Below, in pieces: positions 47,117 through 55,161 of a stretch of DNA of 64,000 nucleotides; within the stretch, counting starts at the first letter, position 1, and the number at the start of each line of letters is the position of its first letter. The DNA comes from an uncultured Thermodesulfatator sp. Its GTDB lineage: Bacteria > Desulfobacterota > Dissulfuribacteria > Dissulfuribacterales > QOAL01. The stretch is taken from assembly GCA_964581255.1 (NCBI GenBank), contig CAZOMT010000002.1:8775-72774 (forward strand), read 5' to 3'. Both the position numbers and the translations under genes were made by a program. Below the pieces are notes generated by a model, which was not told where the DNA came from, ran no database searches, and saw only the letters and a program-made list of their open reading frames with translations.

Positions 47117-47917
47117 ATGAACGCGATAATTCTCAGTGCAGGCCAGGGCAAAAGGCTTCTGCCTCTGACATCAAAATCCCCCAAATGCCTGCTCGATATC
47201 TGTGGGAAAACCATATTGGAATGGCAAGTTGAGACACTTGCCGGTGAAAAAGTCGATGAAATCATCGTGGTAACTGGCTATGGATCGGAAAAGGTTGAAC
47301 AACTGGTCCAGAGACGGCTCAAACAATACGGAGTAAGGACCTTCTACAATCCGGATTTTGCCACTTCTGACAACCTTATAAGCTGCTGGAAGGTACGCCA
47401 TGAGATGAAGGGCGAATTCATACTCTTGAATGGGGATACCCTTTTTGAACCGGCAGTCTTGGAAACACTCCTAAGTTCACCTGAAGCATCCATAACTGTT
47501 ACGGTCAGCTCGAAGGACAAATATGACTCAGACGATATGAAGGTCGTAACAGAGGCGGGAAGGCTCCTGAAAATAGGCAAAGAACTGCCCCTGGATCGCG
47601 TCTCTGCAGAATCCATCGGACTCATATATTTCAGGGGGCAGGGACCTGAAATCTTCTCAACAGCCCTTGATGAGGCTGTCCATGATCCAGGCTCCAGAAA
47701 GAAATGGTATCTTTCAGTGATTGATGCCATAGCCGCAAACAATCCTGTAATGACATGTTCGGTCACCGGCCTGAAGTGGTGCGAAATTGATTATCCCAAG
47801 GACCTGAAGTTGGCAGAGCCTGTAGTGTCTGCGATCAAACTCGATGGCAGAAGTCAGGACAGCCACCAGATGTACATGGGGCAAGGCCTCGTACACGCAA
47901 AGGGCAGGGCCTGCTGA
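47117..47917 (+). CDS. sugar/alcohol-phosphate nucleotidyl(cytidylyl)transferase, LicC/IPCT-like
   Basis: MNAIILSAGQGKRLLPLTSKSPKCLL (GxGxRL motif), LLNGDTLF and WCEIDYPKDL. GGGAG lies 8 nt upstream of ATG 47117; the track start 47066 is less likely. Confidence 0.75.
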   Translation: MNAIILSAGQGKRLLPLTSKSPKCLLDICGKTILEWQVETLAGEKVDEIIVVTGYGSEKVEQLVQRRLKQYGVRTFYNPDFATSDNLISCWKVRHEMKGEFILLNGDTLFEPAVLETLLSSPEASITVTVSSKDKYDSDDMKVVTEAGRLLKIGKELPLDRVSAESIGLIYFRGQGPEIFSTALDEAVHDPGSRKKWYLSVIDAIAANNPVMTCSVTGLKWCEIDYPKDLKLAEPVVSAIKLDGRSQDSHQMYMGQGLVHAKGRAC

Positions 47918-48037
47918 ACAGGTAGTAAAAGACAAGGACCTTTTTTGAAAGGGGGCGATCATTGACTCCGCCCTCTTTCCAATAGCTTGCCTGCCCCCCC
48001 TTCAAGTAAAAATCTCCACTGGCAAAAAGGAAAAAGG

Positions 48038-49138
48038 ATGATAGCAGAACGGTACATCATGCGGGAAATCTTAAAACCTGCTGCTGTAATCTGCAGTATC
48101 CTGATATTTATTTACGGCAGTTTCATCGCGGCGAGATATTGGGCTGCGGCTGCCCAGGGACAACTGCCTGGCTCTACCGTGATGATCCTGGTCTTTTTCA
48201 GGATTGCCGTGGCCATGGAGCTATTACTTCCGACTACCCTTTTCCTATCGGTTGTCCTGGCACTTAGCCGTCTTTACAGAGATGGCGAGATGACCGCAAT
48301 GTTCGCCTGTGGCATAAGTCCCATTAGAATCACCTTGGCCGTTTTAGCCATATCCCTGATCATAGCCATGCTGGTAGCCTGTTTTTCCCTGGTCATAAGG
48401 CCTTGGGCATGGGATGAATTCTTCACCATGAAGGCACAGGCAAAGGCCAGCTTCGACCTTACCAGGATGAAGGCCGGGGTCTTCTATGAAATCTGGCATG
48501 GCCGTAGAGTAATCTTTGCAGAAAAGGTCAATAACAAAAAAAATCAGGCAGAAAATATCTTCATACAGACCAAGCACGATGACAACCTTCAGATTATATA
48601 CGCAAGACATGCCAGACAATTCTATGACAAGGGACGAAGGACGCCCATACTCATACTCTCAGACGGAAAGGACTATGAATTTGCAAAAAAAAGTGACAAA
48701 GAGGTCATACTGCAGTTTGAACAGTCTGAGCTCTCACTGGAGCCAAGACAAATTGTCAAAGAAGAAAGGGTAAAGGCTGCCCCGACCCAAAAGCTTCTCC
48801 ACTCCTCTAGCCTTGAAGAGATAGCAGAACTTCAATGGAGGCTTATTACTCCGATATCTACTGTGCTTCTGGCACTTCTTGCAGTGCCTCTCAGCAGATC
48901 CTCTCCCAGGCAAGGAAAATACGCCAAGCTTCCCCTTGCCATATTGCTGTTCGCCGCATATTACAACCTGAGCGCAATAGCAAAAAAGTGGGTTGCCCAG
49001 GGTGTGTTAGCCGCATTTCCAGGGCTTTGGTGGAGCCAGATACTGCTTGGGATCCTCATCTTGTTTCTTTTCTGGCAACCTCAACTTCACACCATGCTAC
49101 GAAGAAAAAGGCTTCATGCCAAGATGCCGTCAGGATAG
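48038..49138 (+). CDS. lptF: LptF/LptG-family permease (LptF-like)
   Basis: MIAERYIMREILKPAAVI start typical of the YjgP/YjgQ family. Three TM segments, a periplasmic beta-jellyroll region, then three more TM segments; 366 aa. Confidence 0.8.
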   Translation: MIAERYIMREILKPAAVICSILIFIYGSFIAARYWAAAAQGQLPGSTVMILVFFRIAVAMELLLPTTLFLSVVLALSRLYRDGEMTAMFACGISPIRITLAVLAISLIIAMLVACFSLVIRPWAWDEFFTMKAQAKASFDLTRMKAGVFYEIWHGRRVIFAEKVNNKKNQAENIFIQTKHDDNLQIIYARHARQFYDKGRRTPILILSDGKDYEFAKKSDKEVILQFEQSELSLEPRQIVKEERVKAAPTQKLLHSSSLEEIAELQWRLITPISTVLLALLAVPLSRSSPRQGKYAKLPLAILLFAAYYNLSAIAKKWVAQGVLAAFPGLWWSQILLGILILFLFWQPQLHTMLRRKRLHAKMPSG

Positions 49139-49154
49139 AGGGCTCTTGTTCACC

Positions 49155-50222
49155 ATGAAGATTCTAGACCTTTATATCGGAAAGAATTTTCTCAAATTTT
49201 TTCTCGTGGTCATCATCATTCCTGGCGTTTTGTTCAGCCTCTTTCAGCTGTTGTCAGAGCTTGATTCTGTGGGCAAGGGCACCTACACCATGTGGGATGC
49301 CATGATCTTTATAGCACTCACCTCACCCAAGAGGTTCATGGATCTTGTTCCAATAACAGCCCTCCTCGCCGGCATAGTAGCCTTGGGGCGTATGGCAGAC
49401 CGTTCTGAACTGATTGCCATGGAGGCATCTGGCCTTTCTGTCGCCAGGATAACCATTTCTGTCCTTGGGGCATGCAGCCTCATCATGGCCGCAGCCGTTC
49501 TATCCAACGAACTCATCGTTCCTCCAATGGAACAAAACGCTCGATTGATGCGCGCGCGAGCGCTTTCTACCAAAGGCGTCACCTTTACCCAAAAAGGATT
49601 TTGGGCCAGAAGAGGGCAGGCCTTCATTCACGTGAACAAGCTCATTGGTAAGGATGCAGCAGAAGATATAGACATATTCTCTTTTGACGCTAAAGGTGAT
49701 CTCGAAAGCTTCATACATGCCCAAAATGGGGCTATTACAGGGAAAGGCCACTGGATCCTTTATGACGTTACCGAAAAGATCGTCAAGGGATTGGACATAG
49801 AGACAAGAACAGTTGAAAGACTTACTTTGAAATCATTTCTTAGCCAAGACCAGGTTAGCGCATTGGAGCTTCCGCCAGAGAGCCTGTCGGCGCAAGACCT
49901 CATAGACTATATCCATGCCCTTGAAAAAAGTGGACAGAATGCTGACCACTACAGGCTTGCCCTTTGGAGGAAATTGAGCCAGCCACTTACAACTGGCGCC
50001 ATGACTATACTTGCCCTTGGATTTGTATTCGGCTCTACCAGGAAGTTGAGTGCAGGCCTACGGATAACCGCAGGATCTTTCGCAGGAATCGCCCTCTATT
50101 TTTTCGACCAGATAACCATGCATGTCGGCCTACTAATGGGCATGAGGCCTGTAGTGGTTGCCTTCATCCCCTTTGCTGTGATATCAACCATTGCCTTCTT
50201 GAGACTCAAGCCTTCCTTATAG
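49155..50222 (+). CDS. lptG: LptF/LptG-family permease (LptG-like)
   Basis: MKILDLYIGKNFLKFFLVV start, same topology as the preceding gene; 355 aa. Confidence 0.8.
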   Translation: MKILDLYIGKNFLKFFLVVIIIPGVLFSLFQLLSELDSVGKGTYTMWDAMIFIALTSPKRFMDLVPITALLAGIVALGRMADRSELIAMEASGLSVARITISVLGACSLIMAAAVLSNELIVPPMEQNARLMRARALSTKGVTFTQKGFWARRGQAFIHVNKLIGKDAAEDIDIFSFDAKGDLESFIHAQNGAITGKGHWILYDVTEKIVKGLDIETRTVERLTLKSFLSQDQVSALELPPESLSAQDLIDYIHALEKSGQNADHYRLALWRKLSQPLTTGAMTILALGFVFGSTRKLSAGLRITAGSFAGIALYFFDQITMHVGLLMGMRPVVVAFIPFAVISTIAFLRLKPSL

Positions 50223-50386
50223 TCATCATTGGCGATTCCTGGGCCGCAGTTAAAAATCGGGAATTTTTATCATAGAACAAGAGGTATGAGAAAATTGGCC
50301 ACGGGCATGTTGCCGATATTACGATGACTATTTTGAGGAAGGCGGTATTTGACAAAAAGACAATCCTTAGAGGAGGCCTATTAAAC

Positions 50387-51385
50387 TTAAAGCCTGAGAT
50401 AAAAGTGCCGTATTTTTCCTTTTGCAAAGCCCTGTTCGTACGACTTGAAAACCCGTTCCTCCATCTTGCACATCCAATAGTTCTCTTTCTGCCTGCTGAT
50501 TTCAAAGATGAAATATTTGGCCCTTCGTTCCTTCCTCGGACTCACAGAAAGCGCTGATGGTGCCTCGACCACTGGTATCTGGCCTGCCGGCCCTTTTATG
50601 AAATATAGGGAAGTAAGGTGCGAGTGGCCGTGGAGCACAAGCCCACAGCCATGCTTTTCAATAAGCTGCAACAGCTCTCCAGCGTCAACCAGTTCCTTTC
50701 TCTTATCCACTACAGCTGGTGCTGGTGGATGGTGGATGGCAAGGACCTGGAACAACCCTCTTTGCCTCGTTCGTTGCAAAATGGATTCTAGCCTCTCAAG
50801 CTGCCCTCTGCCCACCTTGCCAGTGGCGAGGTGCCAAGGACTTGGAGCTGCCGTGGCCAGCCCTATTAGTGCCACAGCCTTTCTTACACGCACCACAGGG
50901 AAAATTGCTTGAAGAGCGGAAGGGGATTTGTCCTTACAGAATGAATATGGAGCATAGGCCTGCCACTGGAAAAAGGTTTTGGCCCAAGGCATCCTTACGT
51001 AAGTATCGTGATTGCCAGGAAGAACTAACAGATCGTCTGGCTTGCCAACCCTGCTTAGCCACATGGCAACCTTTTTGAACTCCTGTGGAAGTCCCAGATG
51101 GGTAAGATCCCCTGTGATTATTGTCTGATCAGCCCTAATCTGTTGCAGTTCTTGCTCAAGTATGGCAAGAATCCTGTAATCGAACTCTTTTGAGCGTCCC
51201 AGTTTCCATCTGAGATACCCCAATATCCTCTTATTCAGGAGCTGGCGCCATGAGAGGCTGCCTGTGCAGGCAATATGCAGGTCTGAAAGATGTGCAATTG
51301 TCAAAGGCCCCTTGTCCGAAGGAAAGGGCTCATCCCAGGCATCTCGTTCAGTCGTGATTTTTTTTGCTGTGAAGATATCGACCAT
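50387..51385 (-). CDS. metallophosphoesterase (calcineurin-like)
   Basis: IAHLSDLHI, TGDLTH, GNHD and LHGHSH metal-binding motifs; 332 aa. Confidence 0.82.
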   Translation of the reverse strand: MVDIFTAKKITTERDAWDEPFPSDKGPLTIAHLSDLHIACTGSLSWRQLLNKRILGYLRWKLGRSKEFDYRILAILEQELQQIRADQTIITGDLTHLGLPQEFKKVAMWLSRVGKPDDLLVLPGNHDTYVRMPWAKTFFQWQAYAPYSFCKDKSPSALQAIFPVVRVRKAVALIGLATAAPSPWHLATGKVGRGQLERLESILQRTRQRGLFQVLAIHHPPAPAVVDKRKELVDAGELLQLIEKHGCGLVLHGHSHLTSLYFIKGPAGQIPVVEAPSALSVSPRKERRAKYFIFEISRQKENYWMCKMEERVFKSYEQGFAKGKIRHFYLRL

Positions 51386-51417
51386 TTCTGTTATCTATAC
51401 TGGAAACTGACTGTCAA

Positions 51418-52629
51418 ATGCAATTTTCCATGAACCTCTATCTCTACTTCATAAACGATTGTCCTGTAAAAATATGGGGTCTTACTCCAAGGTGCCGTGC
51501 CCAAAAGGTACTTATGGGCCAGGCAGTAGCCGTTGAGGATCTTTCCAAACTCAAACCTACGGATCACGTCCTCATACTCAGGGGAGACTATATATTTGAA
51601 GACAGACTGCTCAAACACCTTGCTGCTACCCCAAACATCCTTCTTCTCGTAGAAGAAGGCCGCAAGCAGATTCCTGTTGCCGTCCACGTCCCTGGATCAC
51701 TTGCAAAGCAGGGGATCAGGATCTTGCAGCAGGGCAGGATACCAAAAGGGCTTGAGGGAATATCCGTTCATACCATAGAGAGTGTTTCTGTGGCCTTTCA
51801 TGAAAAGCTCAGGAAATTTGAGCCACCCTTTGCAATCCACGTAACCGAAAAAGATGTCAACGATATTGAAAAACGCCTCTTCAACTGGTCGTACAAAGGT
51901 GTGACCGACCTCGTTACCAAATGGCTCTGGCCACTACCGGCAAGATGGGTGGTAAGGCAGTGTGTACGTCTTAATCTTAAACCTAATCATATCACCTTCA
52001 TTGGTTTTTTACTTGTTCTACTGGCTGGATACCTCTTTGCAAAGGGCAGGTTGGGCTGGGGATTGTTGGCAGGATGGCTCATGACCTTTCTCGATACGGT
52101 TGATGGAAAACTTGCCAGGGTCACAGTGACTTCTAGTAAATTTGGCCACTATTTCGACCACATAATCGATATCATCCATCCCCCCATCTGGTATCTGTTA
52201 TGGGGGATTGGCACTGTTCAAACAGGACAATACCATTTGCACATTTCACCATCCACCCTCTATATGACGATTTTCGCAGGATACATTGCAGGACGGTTGG
52301 CAGAAGGTTCGTTTCAGTGGTTCATAGCAAGGTTTGGCATATTTTGCTGGAGACCAATGGATTCGTTCTTCAGGCTGATAACGGCAAGACGAAACCCTTG
52401 CATGATCCTTCTGACTGTATCCTACCTCATTGGACGACCAGACTGGGGGCTAGTCTCGGTAGCCTTTTGGACAGTGGCCACTACTCTTTTCCTTTTGGCC
52501 CGGCTGACATATGCATTTTATCAAAAGCATTCAAAGGGTGAAGTAAAATCGTGGCTCCAGGAAATAGATTTTACCTCGGGAAAGAAGAATCTGGCCATAC
52601 GCTGGTTTACCAGGCACGATTCCACCTAA
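51418..52629 (+). CDS. CDP-alcohol phosphatidyltransferase with about 150-aa soluble N-terminal extension
   Basis: DTVDGKLARVTVTSSKFGHYFDHIID matches D-x2-DG-x2-AR-x8-G-x3-D-x3-D. Multiple TM segments follow; 403 aa. Confidence 0.85.
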   Translation: MQFSMNLYLYFINDCPVKIWGLTPRCRAQKVLMGQAVAVEDLSKLKPTDHVLILRGDYIFEDRLLKHLAATPNILLLVEEGRKQIPVAVHVPGSLAKQGIRILQQGRIPKGLEGISVHTIESVSVAFHEKLRKFEPPFAIHVTEKDVNDIEKRLFNWSYKGVTDLVTKWLWPLPARWVVRQCVRLNLKPNHITFIGFLLVLLAGYLFAKGRLGWGLLAGWLMTFLDTVDGKLARVTVTSSKFGHYFDHIIDIIHPPIWYLLWGIGTVQTGQYHLHISPSTLYMTIFAGYIAGRLAEGSFQWFIARFGIFCWRPMDSFFRLITARRNPCMILLTVSYLIGRPDWGLVSVAFWTVATTLFLLARLTYAFYQKHSKGEVKSWLQEIDFTSGKKNLAIRWFTRHDST

Positions 52630-52636
52630 ACCCGCG

Positions 52637-53626
52637 ATGACAAGGCAGCACACTTGTTTAACAGCCCAAGCGAAGGCTGGAATGCTAATAAACCCCCTGG
52701 GCGGATCCAACAAAAAGATAAGTGGAATACTATTCAAAACGGCTAAAGAATCAGTAGGCACCGTAAAAAAAGTGGTTACCCCTATGGATGTTGAGGCAGC
52801 CCTCAAAGACTTTAGGGAAAAAGGTGTCAACCTACTGATAGTGAGCGGTGGAGATGGTACTGTGCAGGCGGTTCTCACAACCCTTTTCGGGAAAGGCCCT
52901 TTTGACACTCTACCTGCGCTTGCGATCTTGCCTGGAGGAACCACGAATCTCATAGCAAAAGACGTAGGAATTTGCATTTCTCAAAAACGGGCTATCAAGG
53001 AATTGATGAATCTTTTACGGGAAAACAGGTTGCTGTCCTGCGCCACTTTAGCCAAGAGGCATGTATTGCATCTCAACTGCCAAGACAGAGTCGACGAATA
53101 TGGCATGTTTCTCGGGGCTGCTGGCATATCCCAGGCAGTAGCAGCCTTTCAGAAACAGAAGATGCATCACCTCACGTGCAGAAAGGCCAACATATTGCTC
53201 GCCGCCATCAAACTCATGGTGGCATCCATTGTTGGACGTGGCACAAAGGATCACTCAGAAAGGCTCAAAATTCGGCTTAATGGCAAAACCATCTTGGACA
53301 AGAGGTTTCTGCTGGTCCTGGTCACGACCCTCGAAAGGCTATTTTTCGGTATAAGGCCCTTTTGGGCCCAAATGGACGGCCCTATTCATCTGACTGCTGT
53401 TGCAAGAAGGCCGAAATATTTTCCAAAAGTCCTATTGGGGCTAATCTTCAAAAGATTCAGCAAGCACCTGACGAAAGAAAATGGATATCTTTCATTCAAT
53501 GCCCACATAATTGAACTCTATGCCCCAAAAGGGGTCGCCCTGGACGGACAGATAATTAAAAACCCTGACCCTGATATACCCATAGTTGTAAAAGATGGTG
53601 GGGAAGTATCATTTATCAAGCTATGA
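52637..53626 (+). CDS. DAGK-catalytic-domain lipid kinase (YegS/BmrU/sphingosine-ceramide kinase superfamily)
   Basis: MLINPLGGSNKK and LLIVSGGDGTVQAVL plus ILPGGTTN motifs; 329 aa. It starts 7 nt after the preceding gene. Confidence 0.8.
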   Translation: MTRQHTCLTAQAKAGMLINPLGGSNKKISGILFKTAKESVGTVKKVVTPMDVEAALKDFREKGVNLLIVSGGDGTVQAVLTTLFGKGPFDTLPALAILPGGTTNLIAKDVGICISQKRAIKELMNLLRENRLLSCATLAKRHVLHLNCQDRVDEYGMFLGAAGISQAVAAFQKQKMHHLTCRKANILLAAIKLMVASIVGRGTKDHSERLKIRLNGKTILDKRFLLVLVTTLERLFFGIRPFWAQMDGPIHLTAVARRPKYFPKVLLGLIFKRFSKHLTKENGYLSFNAHIIELYAPKGVALDGQIIKNPDPDIPIVVKDGGEVSFIKL

Positions 53627-54588
53627 CTTGCGCCATTCCCTATCCCCTCTTGAGAGAAATACAAAAATATTCGCAAACCCACATAGTATCACCTGGCCTC
53701 CACGCCTTAATGGATGAGATTACAAGACGCCATGGCCCAGGGGTAAAGGCCATTTTATATTATGGTTCCTGCCTCCAATCTGGCAAGGAATTCGACGGTA
53801 TCGTGGATCTTTTTGTCCTAGTGAACGATTATGGCTCGGTTTACAAACGGCCTTGGCTCAGTTTCCTGAACTGGCTCCTGCCTCCAAATGTATTCTATCT
53901 GGAGCTTCCAATAGAAAAAGGCAAACGCATCAGGGCAAAATACGCCATAATATCTCTCGCGGACTTTTTGGAGAAGACTTCTGGAAAGACATTCCACTCG
54001 TACTTCTGGGCACGTTTCAGCCAGCCTGTCGCATTGATTTTTTTCTCACATCCAAGGATAAAAAGGGCGGTTGAAAATGGGCTTGCCTGTGCCTTAATGA
54101 CCTTTCTAAAAAACGTGGTGCCATGCGCGGCTCCTCGCTTTGATGCCAAGAAGCTGTGGCTTACGGGCCTAAATTTAAGCTACAGCGCAGAACTCAGGCC
54201 AGAACGGGCCTTTCGCCTCGAAAGGCTATGGGCAGAACAAGGGGAGATATTGGAAGCCGTAACCGAGGTTGCCATAAAGGCTCTTCCTTACGAAATAACC
54301 GTTGAAACTGAAGGAGAAGACATCTTATATCTGGCAAACATACCAAGGCGCGCCTGTGCTCTTTGTTGCACTGCATGGAGGTTTAGGCGCATATACGGAA
54401 AACTTCTTTCAGTGCTTCGTCTTTTCAAGGCCAGTTTCACATTCAGGGCCGGGGTGGATTACGCAATCTGGAAGATAAAAAGACATTCTGGAGTGCAGAT
54501 AGAGGTCAGCCCCTTTCTTAGAAGGCATCCGGCCCTTGCAATGGTGGTACTATCCTGGAGGCTTTTTAAGAGCCGGGCTGTGCGGTGA
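53623..54588 (+). CDS. hypothetical protein; candidate Tam41/Mmp37-like nucleotidyl(cytidylyl)transferase
   Basis: ATGA overlap with the lipid kinase gene. YYGSCLQSG, IVDLFVLV, NVFYLELP...RAKYAIISLADFLE and FHSYFWARFSQPVALIF line up by eye with yeast Tam41 blocks YGSGV..Q, IDLI.GV, GVYFNPF...VKYGVVS...LL.D and FYLAGRLQKPVKIL (recollection). Confidence 0.4.
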   Translation: MTCAIPYPLLREIQKYSQTHIVSPGLHALMDEITRRHGPGVKAILYYGSCLQSGKEFDGIVDLFVLVNDYGSVYKRPWLSFLNWLLPPNVFYLELPIEKGKRIRAKYAIISLADFLEKTSGKTFHSYFWARFSQPVALIFFSHPRIKRAVENGLACALMTFLKNVVPCAAPRFDAKKLWLTGLNLSYSAELRPERAFRLERLWAEQGEILEAVTEVAIKALPYEITVETEGEDILYLANIPRRACALCCTAWRFRRIYGKLLSVLRLFKASFTFRAGVDYAIWKIKRHSGVQIEVSPFLRRHPALAMVVLSWRLFKSRAVR

Positions 54589-54625
54589 TCTTGTTGTTCC
54601 AGATCAAAGAGATGTTCACCAACAC

Positions 54626-55015
54626 TCACACAAGGCCCAGATATTGGCCTATCTTCTTGTCTTCCTGAAGGATATGCTCCCTTAACCAATAATTCAGAAA
54701 TCCCACCAGTTCGGAGGCTGTCCACTGTTTGCCGTTTTTGAGATCAATGAGTATTGCTGCCACATCGTTTACCAAGTCTTTGTGCAGGATCTTGTGCCGT
54801 GAAAGTTCAGGATACCCCACATTCGACATCATTTTTTCCTCATTTTTGAAGTGTAATTTTACATATTCCACAAGCTCTTTGAGCACCGCGCCTGTAGTTT
54901 TGCTAACAGAGCCACCATACATTGAATTCTCAAGTTTTTGGATAAGAGAAACCAAGGCCTTGTGCTCAAGATCCATCTGGCTGATCCCAATCTCAAAACT
55001 CTTTTTCCATTTCAT
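54626..55015 (-). CDS. bacteriohemerythrin
   Basis: MKWKKSFEIGISQMDLEHKAL, LHFKNEE, HKILHKDL and WLREHILQEDKK iron-ligand motifs. The ATG at 55015 has GGAGA 7 nt upstream; the track ORF extends to 55117. Confidence 0.85.
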   Translation of the reverse strand: MKWKKSFEIGISQMDLEHKALVSLIQKLENSMYGGSVSKTTGAVLKELVEYVKLHFKNEEKMMSNVGYPELSRHKILHKDLVNDVAAILIDLKNGKQWTASELVGFLNYWLREHILQEDKKIGQYLGLV

Positions 55016-55161
55016 CACCATATCTCCATCATTTTCAAAAGGCACCGGATAAACAAAATGACCTCGGATCAAAGGCCATCCCAGCTGTGAAAAAACCTTA
55101 TTTTTCTTATCGACCACTTGTGATGAAAAAGAAAATTTTTACAAACCCTTGGAAAGATGGA

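Noticed and set aside
50259-50277. AT-only hairpin TAAAAAT-CGGGA-ATTTTTA in the lptG/metallophosphoesterase convergent gap.
   Set aside because: The stem consists solely of A-T pairs. It is unlikely to be a stable terminator and was not reported as a feature.
50296-50314. TGGCC...TTGCC sigma-54-like string in the convergent gap after lptG.
   Set aside because: The GG-to-GC spacing is 13 nt. It lies between two convergent gene ends with nothing to transcribe.
51391-51687. 98-aa minus-strand ORF at the divergent junction of the metallophosphoesterase and the CDP-alcohol transferase.
   Set aside because: It overlaps the 5' part of the motif-supported plus-strand CDP-alcohol transferase gene and has no motif or ribosome-binding site of its own.
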